The position numbers and the translations under genes were made by a program. The notes below the pieces were generated by a model. That model was not told where the DNA came from, did not search any database, and was given only the letters and a program-made list of their open reading frames with translations. A stretch of DNA of 64,000 nt from positions 168,124 to 232,123 of the forward strand of contig CAVSGP010000006.1 of NCBI GenBank assembly GCA_963727505.1, given 5' to 3'. Of this stretch, positions 18,808 through 28,978 are shown piece after piece (position 1 is the stretch's first letter; each line of letters begins with the position of its first letter). Source of the DNA: an uncultured Trueperaceae bacterium. GTDB taxonomy: Bacteria > Deinococcota > Deinococci > Deinococcales > Trueperaceae.

Positions 18808-19858
18808 CAAGAAGATCGAGTCCGCCGTTCTCAACTGGGCCCCGCGCTTCACATCGCAGGGCGTCGACTACAACGACTTCGTGCGGGTCACCGCGGGTCT
18901 GGAGCGCTGGGACGACTGGCTCGACGCCTGGAGCGCCAACGGCGACACGCACGCCGAGCTCGCCGAGCAGGCCGAGGAGCGGGGGCGCACGCTGTCGGCC
19001 GGGGAAGCCTGGGTGCGCGCCGCGCTGAGCTACCACTTCGCCAAGTTCGTGTGGATGGTCGACATGGCGAAGTACCGCGCGGCCGCGGACCGCGCGGTGA
19101 ACGCGTTGCGCCAGGCGCACCGCCTGCTCGACCCCAGTGCCGAGCGTCTCGAGGTGCCGTTCGAGGGCGGCAGGATCGTCGGCAACTTGCGGCGGCCGGC
19201 CGGCATCCCGCGGCCGCCGCTGGTGCTGCTCCTGCCCGGCCTCGACTCCACCAAGGAGGAGTTCTTCAACTGGGAGAACGTGTTCCTGGCGCGCGGTATG
19301 GCGACGCTGTCGCTCGACGGGCCCGGCCAGGGCGAGACCGGCTACCACACCGTGATCCACCCGAACTACGAGGTCGGCCCGGCGGCGATGCTCGACCATC
19401 TCGCCGGCCGCGGCGACCTCGACCTCGAGCGCGTCGGCGTGGCCGGCGTATCGCTGGGCGGGTACTACGCCCCGCGCACGGCCGCTTTCGAGCCGCGCAT
19501 CAAGGCCGTATGCGCCATCGGCGGGCCCTACAACTTCGGCGAGTTCTTCGCCGAGCGTCCCGCCATCTCGCGCGAGACCTTCCTCCACCATTCGGGCACC
19601 GACAGCCTGGAGGCGGCCCAGGCGGTCGCCAGCCGACTCAGCCTGGAGGGGGTGGCGGAAAGGATCGCGCAACCCTTCCTGGTGATCTTCGGCAAGCTGG
19701 ACCGGCTGGTGCCCTACCAGCAGGCGGAGCGGGTGGCGGCCGAGGCCCCCAACGCGCAGCTGGTCATGTATCCCGACGGCAACCACGTCTGCAACAACCT
19801 GCCCTACAAGTACCGCCCCCTGGCCGGGGACTGGATGGCGGAGCGGCTACGTGGTTGA
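18800..19858 (+). CDS. Alpha/beta hydrolase resembling 2,6-dihydroxypseudooxynicotine (DHPON) hydrolase
   Basis: PGLDSTKEE, DGPGQGE, nucleophile elbow GVSLGG, DGNHVC. Confidence 0.88.
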   Translation: MPDKKIESAVLNWAPRFTSQGVDYNDFVRVTAGLERWDDWLDAWSANGDTHAELAEQAEERGRTLSAGEAWVRAALSYHFAKFVWMVDMAKYRAAADRAVNALRQAHRLLDPSAERLEVPFEGGRIVGNLRRPAGIPRPPLVLLLPGLDSTKEEFFNWENVFLARGMATLSLDGPGQGETGYHTVIHPNYEVGPAAMLDHLAGRGDLDLERVGVAGVSLGGYYAPRTAAFEPRIKAVCAIGGPYNFGEFFAERPAISRETFLHHSGTDSLEAAQAVASRLSLEGVAERIAQPFLVIFGKLDRLVPYQQAERVAAEAPNAQLVMYPDGNHVCNNLPYKYRPLAGDWMAERLRG

Positions 19859-21055
19859 CCGGTTCACCAATGGCGAGATGGCGCGGCGCTGGGGCATCGC
19901 GCGCGACCTCATGGACGAACACGAGCTGGACGCCCTGCTCCTGTTCGGGAACTCGGGGGTGAACCGCCACAACGAGGCCAACGTCTTCTGGCTCTCCAAC
20001 CACCTCGACCTGCACCACTGCTACCTGATCGCGCCGCGCGACGAGGGTCTGCCGGCCGCCCTCTACACCGGGCTGACCAACCACGTCCCCAACGCCAGGC
20101 AGGTCAGCGACGTGCCGGACATCGCCTGGGGCGGCTATGACCCCGCCGCCACGGTGGCCGCCCGCCTGCGCGAACAGGGCCTCGGGAGTGCACGCCTCGG
20201 GCTGGTCGGCGTCAACGCCACCTTCGGCATGGGCATGCCCTACGCGCACCTCCGGACGCTGCGCGAGGCTCTGCCGGGACTGAGCGTCGTCGACGTCACC
20301 CGCGCCTTCGCGGCGCTCCGCGCCGTCAAGTCGGGCGAGGAGATCGCCTGGCTGCGCAAGGCGGCGAGCTTCACCGACCGCACCATCCGCGCCCTGCAGG
20401 CCGAGGTCCGGCCCGGGATGCCGGAGTACGCCCTGCTCGACATCATCGAGCACGCCTACCGCGCCGACGGGGGCCAGCCCCACATCGCGTTCCTGCGCTC
20501 CATGCCGATGGACGCACCCAACGGCTGCCTGCCGGCACAGAATCCCTCGGACCGGCGCATCGAGCACGGGGACGTCATCATCACCGAGATCAGCGCCTCC
20601 TGGTGGGGCTACTCCGGCCAGATCCACCGGCCGGTGTTCGTGGGGGCCGAGCCCACCCCGCCGTGGCAGCGCATGTTCGACACCGCTCGGGAGGCCTACC
20701 AGCGTATGGCCGAGGTGATCCGTCCGGGCGCCAGCGAGGGCGACGTCATCCGCGCCGCATCGGTCATCGGCGAGCGCGGCTACGCCATCTACGACGACCT
20801 CATCCACGGCTACGGGGTCGACATCCATCCACCGCTCGTCGACCGCTCGTGCTGCCGTTACTGGCCCTGGGACGATGCTCGTCCCGCGCCTGCCGGGCGC
20901 CGGTTCGAGGCCGGCATGGCCATCGTGATCCAGCCCAACCCGATCACTCCCGACGAGCGCATGGGGCTGCAGCTCGGCGCGCTCACGGTCGTCACCGGAG
21001 CCGGGGCCGAGTCGCTGCACAGGTCCCGTTCGAGCCGGTGGTGACGACGGCATGA
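19851..21055 (+). CDS. M24-fold protein lacking the usual metal ligands; probable frameshift near 21020 (called ORF ends at 21044)
   Basis: RAVKSGEEI, ITEISASWWGYSGQIHRP, IHGYG, VIQPNP. The alternate-frame tail VPFEPVVTTA ends in an ATGA overlap with the next gene. Confidence 0.82.
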
Positions 21056-22098
21056 GCTCCGCCGCGCGCCCGAGCGGCTCGGACCGCGGCGACGCGGGGG
21101 CCCGCTGGGCGTCGGCCTGGTCGGGGTGGGGCGCTGGGGCGTGCGGCTCGGCGCGGCACTGCGGCGCGCCGAGGGCGTGAAGCTCATCAGCTGCTACGCG
21201 CGCACGGCCGAGGCGCGCGGAGGCGGCGGCTCGGGAGCTCGGGTGCAACGCCGCGGCCACGCTGGAGGCGCTGCTGGACGACCCGCGGGTCGAGGCGGTG
21301 GTCGTGGCGACCCCCAACGCCAGCCACGAGGCCATCACGCTGGCCGCCGCCGCGCGCGGCGTGCACGTGTTCGTCGAGAAGCCGATCGCCCCCGACGAGG
21401 CGGCCGCCCGCGCCATGGCGGCGGCTTGCGAGCGCGCCGGCGTGACGCTGCAGGTGGGCCACGCCTTCCGGCGGCTGGGTGCGTCGCGCGCCGCGCACCG
21501 GATGGTGCGCTCGGGCGCGCTCGGCACGGTGGTGCTCGCCGAGGCCAACTTCTCGCTGCCCGGCGCGTTCGCGCCCGGCAACTGGCGCTCCCAGCGGGCG
21601 ACGCTGCCGGGCGGCCCCATGACGCAACTCGGTGTTCACCACGCCGACACCCTGCAGGCATGGCTGGGCCCGGCGGTGCGGGTCCGGGGCTCGTTGGGGC
21701 ACGTGGCCGCGGACGCCGATATCGACGACGTGGCCGTTGCGGTGCTGGAGCACGGCTCGGGCGCCCGCTCGGTCATCGCCTGTAGTTACGTCTCGCCCAA
21801 GACCTATCGCATCCGGCTCTACGGCACGCGCGCCAACCTGGAGCTGCGCACCGCGATGGCGCTGTGGCCGGAGGCCGAGCGCATGGACGCGGGGACCACC
21901 CTGACGCTGGAGATGGACGGCGGCTCCCGGCGGGTGCCGTTCGCGGTGCGCGACATGCTGGTCGACGAACTGGAAGCCTTCGGGCGCTGCGCACGGTCGG
22001 GGGAGGCGCCCGAGACCGGCGCCGAGGAGGGCATCGCGGCGCTGCGCGTCATCCTCGGCGTGTTGCCGGCGGAGGCGGCCCGCGAGGTCGCGCGCTGA
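21052..22098 (+). CDS. Gfo/Idh/MocA oxidoreductase with two compensating frameshifts (~21100 and ~21218)
   Basis: VGLVGVGRWG Rossmann motif in a shifted frame; VATPNASH, VFVEKP and LGVHHAD in the main frame. Confidence 0.82.
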
Positions 22099-22188
22099 AC
22101 GGCTGCGTGGCAGGGAGCGCGCTAGGAATGGGGCACGACCGAGATGTTCCGGGGCAGGCGCGAGCAGCGCGCCGGAAGGAGTGACGCC

Positions 22189-22818
22189 ATGGAGAAGCAA
22201 CGCATCAGCTACGTGGATCCCAAGACGCTCGAGGACCCGAAGATGCTCGAGGAGCTACAGCGCTGCGCCCGCGAGGGCACGCCCCGGCCCGAGAGCTCCG
22301 CGGTGCGCGCCCACGTGCCCGCGGTGTTCTGGTCGTTCGCGAACAGCTGGCGCGACGTGTTCAAGCACGGCGTGTGCGACCACGCCATCAAGGAGCTGTG
22401 CAGGGTGTACGTGTCGCGGTCGGTGAAGTGCGAGTACTGCGGCAACCAGCGCTCCATGACGGCGGCCAGGGACGGTCTCGAGGAAGAGGACTACCGCGCG
22501 CTGATGGAGTTCGAGAGCGCAGGCCGCTACGACGACCGTCAGAAGGCCGCGCTGTCGCTGGCCCAGGCCATCGCCTGGCACTCCGACCTGAGCGACGAGG
22601 ACTGGGCACGGCTTCACCGGCACTTCAGCGAGCCCGAACTGGTGGAGCTGGGCTACTTCATCGGCCTGACGCTCGGCCAGCAGAGCTTCCTCAGGCTGCT
22701 CAACATCGGGCACCACGAGGTGCTGGATCTCGGGGACGCCTCGCTGGCGCCCGGGTTCGAGACCAAGGAGGAGATGGCCGAGACGCGTGCGTCGGAGGAC
22801 TACTGGGCCCGCAAGTGA
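22189..22818 (+). CDS. Carboxymuconolactone decarboxylase/AhpD-like protein
   Basis: KELCRVYVSRSVKCEYCGNQRS (CxxC); HFSEPELVEL; AAGGAG RBS. Confidence 0.87.
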   Translation: MEKQRISYVDPKTLEDPKMLEELQRCAREGTPRPESSAVRAHVPAVFWSFANSWRDVFKHGVCDHAIKELCRVYVSRSVKCEYCGNQRSMTAARDGLEEEDYRALMEFESAGRYDDRQKAALSLAQAIAWHSDLSDEDWARLHRHFSEPELVELGYFIGLTLGQQSFLRLLNIGHHEVLDLGDASLAPGFETKEEMAETRASEDYWARK

Positions 22819-22821
22819 GGG

Positions 22822-24285
22822 CTACTCCGGCAACACCATCTGGATCGCCTTCACGCGGCTGAAGTTGCGCATCGCTTCGAGGAAGTCCTTCTTGCGACCC
22901 ACGCCGCTGCGCTTGTAGCCGCCGAAGGGTAGCCCCAGCTCACCGGTGTTGACGCGGTTGACCGACACGACCCCGGCCTCGATGCGGGTGGCCATGCGGT
23001 GGGCGACCCCCAGGTCGCGGGTCCAGACCCCGCTGGTGAGTCCGTAGTCGACGGCGTTGACGATGGCAACGGCCTGATCCTCGTCGGCGAACGGCAGGAC
23101 GCCGGCGACGGGACCGAAGACCTCGGACGTCATGATCTCGGCGTCGGCCGCTGCCTCCGTCACCACCGTGGGCGCGATCCAGAAGCCGCCCTTCAGGCGC
23201 GCGTCCGACGGCAGGTCGGCGTGTGCGGGGATGCAGGCCCCGGCGGCGGCGGCGCGCTCGAGGGCGCCCTGCACCTTCTCCTGCTGGCGCTTGCTGACCA
23301 TCGGCCCCACGATGGAGCGTTCGTCGAAGCCCTCGCCCACGTAGAGGCCGGCCACGGCGGAGGTGAAGCGCTCCATGAAGGACGGGTAGATCGACTCGTG
23401 CACCAGCACCCGCTCGCTGCCCGAGCACGCTTGCCCGCTGTTGAAGAAGGCGCTGCGCACCATGCCCTCCACGGCCTTGTCGAGATCCGCGTCGGGGAAG
23501 ATGATGGAGGCGTTCTTGCCGCCGAGCTCCATCATGGTGGGCAGGATGCGCTTCGCCGCGGCGGCCAGGATCTTCTCGCCGGTGAGGTCGGAGCCGGTGA
23601 AGGCGATGAAGTCGATGCCGCGGTGCGCCACGAGCTGCACGCCGGTCTCGACGCCGCCCGTGACCACGTTGAGCACGCCCGGCGGCAGGACGTCGGCCGC
23701 CAGCTCGGCGATGCGCAGCGATGACAGGGGCGTCTCGGGCGCGGGCTTGAGGACAACGGTGTTGCCGGTGGCGAGCGCCAGCGCCGCGAAGTCGGCGGTG
23801 TGCATGGGGGGCCAGTTCCAGGGGATGATGACGGCGACCACCCCGTAGGGCTCGTAGACGATCTTGCGCATCTCCGTCGGGCTGTCGTAGACGCTCTGGC
23901 CGTAGAACTTGTCGGAGGCGCCGGCGTAGAAGCGGAAGGTGCGTTCGGCGTTGGTGACGTCGCGCGCCGACTGCACGCGCGGCTTGCCGTTCTCCCACGT
24001 CTCGAGGTCGACGAGCTCGTCGTGGTGCTCGTGGATCAGGCGGGCGATCTCGAAGAGCATCGCGCCCCGCTTCTCGGGGCTGACCCAGCGCCAGGTACGG
24101 TAGGCGTCGCGGGCCGATGCCACCGCGTGGTCGACGTCGGCTTCGCTGGCGGAGGGGGCCTCGCCGAGCACCTCGCCGGTCGCGGGGTTCACGACCTCCA
24201 GGGCTGAGGTGCCGTCACCGTCGACGAACGCGCCGCCGATGAGCATCTTCCAGGTCGCGTGGTCTTTGTAGGGGTGGTAGGCCAT
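22822..24285 (-). CDS. Aldehyde dehydrogenase
   Basis: IIPWNWP, FTGS, MELGGK, GQACSG, EVFGPV, PFGGYKRSG. Confidence 0.95.
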   Translation of the reverse strand: MAYHPYKDHATWKMLIGGAFVDGDGTSALEVVNPATGEVLGEAPSASEADVDHAVASARDAYRTWRWVSPEKRGAMLFEIARLIHEHHDELVDLETWENGKPRVQSARDVTNAERTFRFYAGASDKFYGQSVYDSPTEMRKIVYEPYGVVAVIIPWNWPPMHTADFAALALATGNTVVLKPAPETPLSSLRIAELAADVLPPGVLNVVTGGVETGVQLVAHRGIDFIAFTGSDLTGEKILAAAAKRILPTMMELGGKNASIIFPDADLDKAVEGMVRSAFFNSGQACSGSERVLVHESIYPSFMERFTSAVAGLYVGEGFDERSIVGPMVSKRQQEKVQGALERAAAAGACIPAHADLPSDARLKGGFWIAPTVVTEAAADAEIMTSEVFGPVAGVLPFADEDQAVAIVNAVDYGLTSGVWTRDLGVAHRMATRIEAGVVSVNRVNTGELGLPFGGYKRSGVGRKKDFLEAMRNFSRVKAIQMVLPE

Positions 24286-24430
24286 CCGCTGTCTCCTCCG
24301 CCGGGGCCGGCCCTCGGCGCGTTACGACAAGAACTCGGGCGCCTGCAAGCTAGTGCGCGCGCCCGCTTCGCTGGAGCGCCCGCCGGGATGCAAGCGCATA
24401 CATAATATGTAATGTCTTGCAAGAAGTATG

Positions 24431-24443
24431 GTGGTCATACCTC
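24431..24443. promoter_or_regulatory. Putative FadR-family operator
   Basis: GTGGTCATACCTC (reverse complement GAGGTATGACCAC). Confidence 0.7.
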
Positions 24444-24668
24444 TCGGGAATGCCGTGAAGGTAGCATGTTGCTCGCGCCCCTGTCAAGGAACGCGGCGGT
24501 TCGCACGGGTTTGACAGCCCCCCGCCGGTGTGCTAGTTTGAGCGGCGTCCACAACTAGATTCCGGTACTCTCGCCGCTACGCTCGGGCGGCCCGGGCACC
24601 GCTTCACCTGGCGAAGCTGTCCATGGTCCAAGGAGCCGCTCGCGTGGCACGTTGCAGTCCGATCCCCC

Positions 24669-24683
24669 GGTGGTATGACCACC
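24669..24683. promoter_or_regulatory. Putative FadR-family operator
   Basis: GGTGGTATGACCACC, identical to 7686-7700. Confidence 0.8.
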
Positions 24684-24988
24684 ACACCACGAATAGTTAT
24701 CGAACATGTTGTCATTTCCGGGACCCGAGGCGCGCTCAAGCGCCCGGGCGCCGCCTGGTTGCGCGCGCCCGTCCCTTGCAGGCCGCTCCGCGGCCCTGGT
24801 CCGGTGTGTCCTCTCTGGAGGTGTTCGCTCCCGGCATGGCAGCCGCCCACCGCTTCGCGGTGCGGTCCTCCATGCGGATCGAGGAGGTGGGCGCTCCAAC
24901 CTGACCGGGCGCGCCGAGCGTACGTGGGGTCCGCCCGACGTGCCGCCCAGAACACCTTGGCATCACGTGCTTGCCCATGGAGGCAGAC

Positions 24989-26188
24989 ATGCACAAGAGG
25001 ATCACGGCGCTCGTCGTCGCGGCCGCGCTGCTCGCAGCGCTCGGCGTCGCGGCTGCGCAGGGCCCCATCAAGATCGGTATCTCGCTCTCGCTCTCCGGAG
25101 ACTTCTCTGCCGACGGGCAGGGGTTCCAGCAGGGCTACAAGCTGTGGGCCGACCAGGTCAACGCCAACGGGGGGCTGCTCGGGCGCCAGGTGCAGCTCGA
25201 CATCGTCAACGACAACTCCAGCCCCGACCAGGTGCAGACCAACTACCAGAAGCTCATCACGGTGGACAAGGTGCCGCTCGTGCTGGGGCCGTTCTCGACG
25301 CTGCTCACCAAGCCCGCGTCGGTGGTGGCCAACCGCTACGGCTACGCCATGGTGGAAGGCGCGGGCGGCGCGCCGTCGGTGTTCAACCGCGGGCTGAAGA
25401 ACGTCTTCGACGTGGCACTGCCGGTGATCAACGACCTGGACAGCTTCACGCAGTACGTCCTCTCGTTGCCCGCCTCCGAGCGCCCCAAGACGGTGGCCTA
25501 CGCCACCAACGACGACCCCTTCACGCAGCCGCAGATCGAGCGCTCGCGCAAGCTGTTCGAGGCCGCCGGGCTGAAGACGGTGTCGTACCAGACCTATCCG
25601 TCGGAGACCACCGACTTCAACCCCATCGCCGACAAGATCATCCAGTCGAAGGCCGATCTCGTGGTGGCCGGGACCTTCATGCCCGACATCGTTGCCTTCG
25701 TGCAGCGCTTCCGGCAGCAACACTACAACCCGCAGGGGCTCATCGCGACGGCGGGGCCCGACCTGGGCTCGCAGTTCATCCAGGCCGTCGGCGGTGCGCA
25801 GAACGCCGAGGGCATCCTGGTGCCCAACACCTGGTACCCGGGTGCCGAGAATCCCGGAAACGCAGCGTTCGTGAAGGCGTTCATCGCCAAGTTCGGAGGC
25901 AAGGCCGCCGACATCAACGGCGATGCCGCCGAGGGATACGCGGCCGGCCAGGTGCTGCAGGCGGCGGTCGAGAAGGTCGGCAGCCTCGACAACGCCAAGA
26001 TCATCGCCGAGCTGCACTCCGGTGACACCTTCAAGAGCATCCTCGGTGACGTGACCTTCAACGACGTGGGCGAGAACACCGCGGCCAAGGCCTACCTGTT
26101 CCAGTGGCAGAACGACCACTACCTGCCGGTCTATCCGGACAGCGCAGCCGCGGCGCCGTTCGAGTACCCCAAGCCGGCCTGGAATTGA
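24989..26188 (+). CDS. Liv/HAAT-family ABC substrate-binding protein (paralog of 10357-11547)
   Basis: Signal peptide; QGPIKIGISL; GGLLGRQVQLDI; RPKTVAYATNDDPFT. Confidence 0.93.
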   Translation: MHKRITALVVAAALLAALGVAAAQGPIKIGISLSLSGDFSADGQGFQQGYKLWADQVNANGGLLGRQVQLDIVNDNSSPDQVQTNYQKLITVDKVPLVLGPFSTLLTKPASVVANRYGYAMVEGAGGAPSVFNRGLKNVFDVALPVINDLDSFTQYVLSLPASERPKTVAYATNDDPFTQPQIERSRKLFEAAGLKTVSYQTYPSETTDFNPIADKIIQSKADLVVAGTFMPDIVAFVQRFRQQHYNPQGLIATAGPDLGSQFIQAVGGAQNAEGILVPNTWYPGAENPGNAAFVKAFIAKFGGKAADINGDAAEGYAAGQVLQAAVEKVGSLDNAKIIAELHSGDTFKSILGDVTFNDVGENTAAKAYLFQWQNDHYLPVYPDSAAAAPFEYPKPAWN

Positions 26189-26311
26189 GGTGAGGACCTA
26201 CGGGTTCCGGAGGGGCGGCGCGCAGGCGCCGTCCCTCCCCCCGGCGCAGGTCCCCCGCCCGCACAGGCGGGTGGGCGGTCACCGCGGCGGGACCGACTCG
26301 GGAGTCGAGCC

Positions 26312-27187
26312 ATGCGCATAATCATCGACGCCATCATCACGGGCGTGCTGTCCGGCGGGATCTACGTCCTCATGGCGCTGGGGCTGACGCTGATCTTCGG
26401 CGTGATGGACATCATCAACGTCGGCCAGGGAGCGCTCGTGATCCTGGGCGCCTATCTCAGCTACGTCCTGCAACAGCACCTCCACATCGACCTCTTCCTC
26501 GGGCTGCTCATCACCATGCCGGTGATGTTCGCCTTCGGGGTGGCGCTGGAAGCGGCGTTCGTGCGCCCCATCCGCTGGGAGCGCACCACGCTGTCCATCC
26601 TCATCACGTTCGCCATCGCACTGCTCATCCAGGGGGCGCTGTCGCTGGTCTTTTCGACCAACCTGGTGCAGATGCATGCCTGGTACGTCGACCACTCTGT
26701 CAAGATCGGCAGCTTCTACCTGGCGTGGATCTACATCTTCGATTTTCTGTTGAGCGTCGTGCTGGTCATCGGCCTCTACCTGCTCCTGAACCGCACCAAG
26801 TTCGGCGCCGGACTGCGCGCTTCCATGCAGAACCGCACCGCCGCGCAGCTCATCGGCATCGACGTCGAGCGCGTCTCGGCGATCACCTTCGGCATCGGTG
26901 TGGCCCTGGCCGCCGCCGGCGGCATGGCCTACGGCGCGACCTCGGCGTTCAACCCCAACAGTCAGTACGACCTGATCTCGCGGCTGCTGGCCATCATCAT
27001 CCTGGGCGGCATGGGCAGTCTCCGTGGCGCCGTCGTGGCGGGCTTCGGGATGCTCGTCATCGAGGACGTCACCTCGGTGGTGTGGTCGCCGGTATGGGCC
27101 AGCACGGTGTTCTACATGGCGCTGGTGCTGGTGCTGGTGGTCCGGCCGCAGGGGCTGTTCGGGCGCATGGCGGGTAGGCAGCAATGA
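26312..27187 (+). CDS. livH: Liv-type ABC permease (LivH-like)
   Basis: GLTLIFGVMDIINVGQG; ILGGMGSLRGA. Confidence 0.92.
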   Translation: MRIIIDAIITGVLSGGIYVLMALGLTLIFGVMDIINVGQGALVILGAYLSYVLQQHLHIDLFLGLLITMPVMFAFGVALEAAFVRPIRWERTTLSILITFAIALLIQGALSLVFSTNLVQMHAWYVDHSVKIGSFYLAWIYIFDFLLSVVLVIGLYLLLNRTKFGAGLRASMQNRTAAQLIGIDVERVSAITFGIGVALAAAGGMAYGATSAFNPNSQYDLISRLLAIIILGGMGSLRGAVVAGFGMLVIEDVTSVVWSPVWASTVFYMALVLVLVVRPQGLFGRMAGRQQ

Positions 27188-28248
27188 AGACGCTGCGCCC
27201 CGTCCTGCTGCTCGCGCTGCTGGTCTTCGCGGTGGCCTTCCCGCTGCTGTTCCCCAACCCCGCCGTCGACACGGTGGCGGTGCTGACCGTCATGTTCGCC
27301 GCCGCCGTCACCGCCTGGAACGCCTTCTCGGGGTACAGCGGCTACATCTCCATCGGCCACGCCGCCTTCTTCGGGATCGGCTCCTACGCCGTCGCCATCC
27401 TGTGCCAGGACTGGCATGTGCCCGGCGGCTTCCTGCCCTTCCTGCTGCTCCCGCTCGCCGGGCTCATCGCCGCGGTGCTCGCCGTCCCGATGGGCTGGGT
27501 GGCGCTCAGGACGCGGAAGCACACGTTCGTGATCCTGACCATCGCGATGTTCTTCATCATGCAGCTCATGGCCTTCAACCTCCGCAGCATCACCAACGGC
27601 TCGCGGGGCATGAGCCTGCCGATCCCCACCGCCTGGAGTGGCACCTTCTACGACCTGCCCTTCTACTACGTGGGGCTGGCCGTGCTGCTGCTGGCATTGG
27701 GCGTGTCGTGGTGGATCCGCAACTCCAAGTACGGACTCGGGCTGCTCGCGATCCGCGACGACGAGGACCGCGCCCGCGGCCTCGGCGTGCGTACCGGCGC
27801 TTTCAAGCTCACGGCTTTCGTCATCGCCGCCTTCTTCTTCGGCGTGGTGGGGGGGCTCCACGCCTACTTCGTCGAGTCGATCTTCCCGGCCTTCGCCTTC
27901 GATCCGCTGATCGACCTGATGGTGGCCCTGATGGCCTTCCTGGGCGGGCTCGGCACGCTGGCAGGGCCCGTGCTCGGTGCGCTCATCCTGGAGCCGGCCC
28001 AGCAGTACTTCACCATCTGGTTCAGCAAGCCCGGTTACTACCTGATGATCTACGGGGCGCTGTTCCTGCTCATCATCCTGCTCCTGCCCCAGGGGATCAT
28101 CCCGGCTCTGCGCGCGCGCTTCACGCGGACCGAGGCGCTGGCGGGGCCGGTGCGGCGTGGGGACGCCGCCGACGGCCCGTCGGGCGACGGATTGTCGGCG
28201 GCCGCCTTGATCGGGGACGGCGACGCGGAGCCAGGGGGTCGAGCATGA
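27184..28248 (+). CDS. livM: Liv-type ABC permease (LivM-like)
   Basis: WNAFSGYSGYISIGH; AIRDDE; GGLGTLAGP. Confidence 0.92.
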   Translation: MKTLRPVLLLALLVFAVAFPLLFPNPAVDTVAVLTVMFAAAVTAWNAFSGYSGYISIGHAAFFGIGSYAVAILCQDWHVPGGFLPFLLLPLAGLIAAVLAVPMGWVALRTRKHTFVILTIAMFFIMQLMAFNLRSITNGSRGMSLPIPTAWSGTFYDLPFYYVGLAVLLLALGVSWWIRNSKYGLGLLAIRDDEDRARGLGVRTGAFKLTAFVIAAFFFGVVGGLHAYFVESIFPAFAFDPLIDLMVALMAFLGGLGTLAGPVLGALILEPAQQYFTIWFSKPGYYLMIYGALFLLIILLLPQGIIPALRARFTRTEALAGPVRRGDAADGPSGDGLSAAALIGDGDAEPGGRA

Positions 28249-28976
28249 GTCTGCTGGCAGCGACCGGGGTGTCCAAGTCGTTCGGCGGCGTGCAGGCGCT
28301 CGACGGCTGCTCGATCACGGTCGAGAAGGGAAGCCTGACCGGCCTCATCGGACCCAACGGCTCGGGCAAGACCACGCTGTTCAACGTCATGACGGGCTAC
28401 GAGACGGTGGACGCGGGCGAGATCGCCTTCGACGGCAAGCCCATCACCAACGCCACCCCCGACCGGGTGTTCCAGCTCGGTATCGCGCGCACCTTCCAGC
28501 TCACCCGCATCTTCCCGCGCCTTTCGGTGCTGGAGAACATGCACGTGGCGGCCCAGCGGCAGGGCTGGCGCTCGCTGTTCGGGCGCTGGAGCTCGTCGAC
28601 GGAGCACGAACGGGCGCTGGAGCTGCTCGGCTTCGTGGGCCTCACCCGCCTCAAGGACGTGCCCGCGCGCAACCTCTCCTACGGCCAGAAGAAGCTGCTC
28701 GAGTTCGCCTACGTACTGGTGGCCGAGCCCGAGGTGATCCTGCTCGACGAGCCGGCCGGAGGCGTCAACCCGACCATGATCCGCTACCTGACCGAGCGGA
28801 TCCGCGAGCTCCACGAGCGCGGGGTGACCTTCCTGATGGTGGAGCACAACATGGAGTTCGTGATGGGCCTGTGCGACCGCGTGGTCGTCATGAACCACGG
28901 CGAGACCATCGCCGATGGCGACCCCGAGACCGTCCGCAGCGATCCACAGGTCCTCGAAGCCTACCTGGGGGCGTGA
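28245..28976 (+). CDS. livG: Liv-type ABC ATPase (LivG-like)
   Basis: [31 protein letters not shown]. Confidence 0.93.
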   Translation: MSLLAATGVSKSFGGVQALDGCSITVEKGSLTGLIGPNGSGKTTLFNVMTGYETVDAGEIAFDGKPITNATPDRVFQLGIARTFQLTRIFPRLSVLENMHVAAQRQGWRSLFGRWSSSTEHERALELLGFVGLTRLKDVPARNLSYGQKKLLEFAYVLVAEPEVILLDEPAGGVNPTMIRYLTERIRELHERGVTFLMVEHNMEFVMGLCDRVVVMNHGETIADGDPETVRSDPQVLEAYLGA

Positions 28977-28978
28977 GC

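Larger units (their letters stand above)
24397..24703. promoter_or_regulatory. Divergent promoter/operator cassette, copy 2
   Basis: Rightward TTGACA(24511-24516)-17-TAGTTT; leftward TTGACA(24487-24482)-18-TACCTT; both have extended TG. Operators at 24431-24443 and 24669-24683. Confidence 0.8.

Noticed and set aside
18800..19858. Calling the island a nicotine degradation cluster
   Set aside because: No molybdenum hydroxylase, 6-hydroxynicotine oxidase or dihydroxypyridine hydroxylase genes are in the window.
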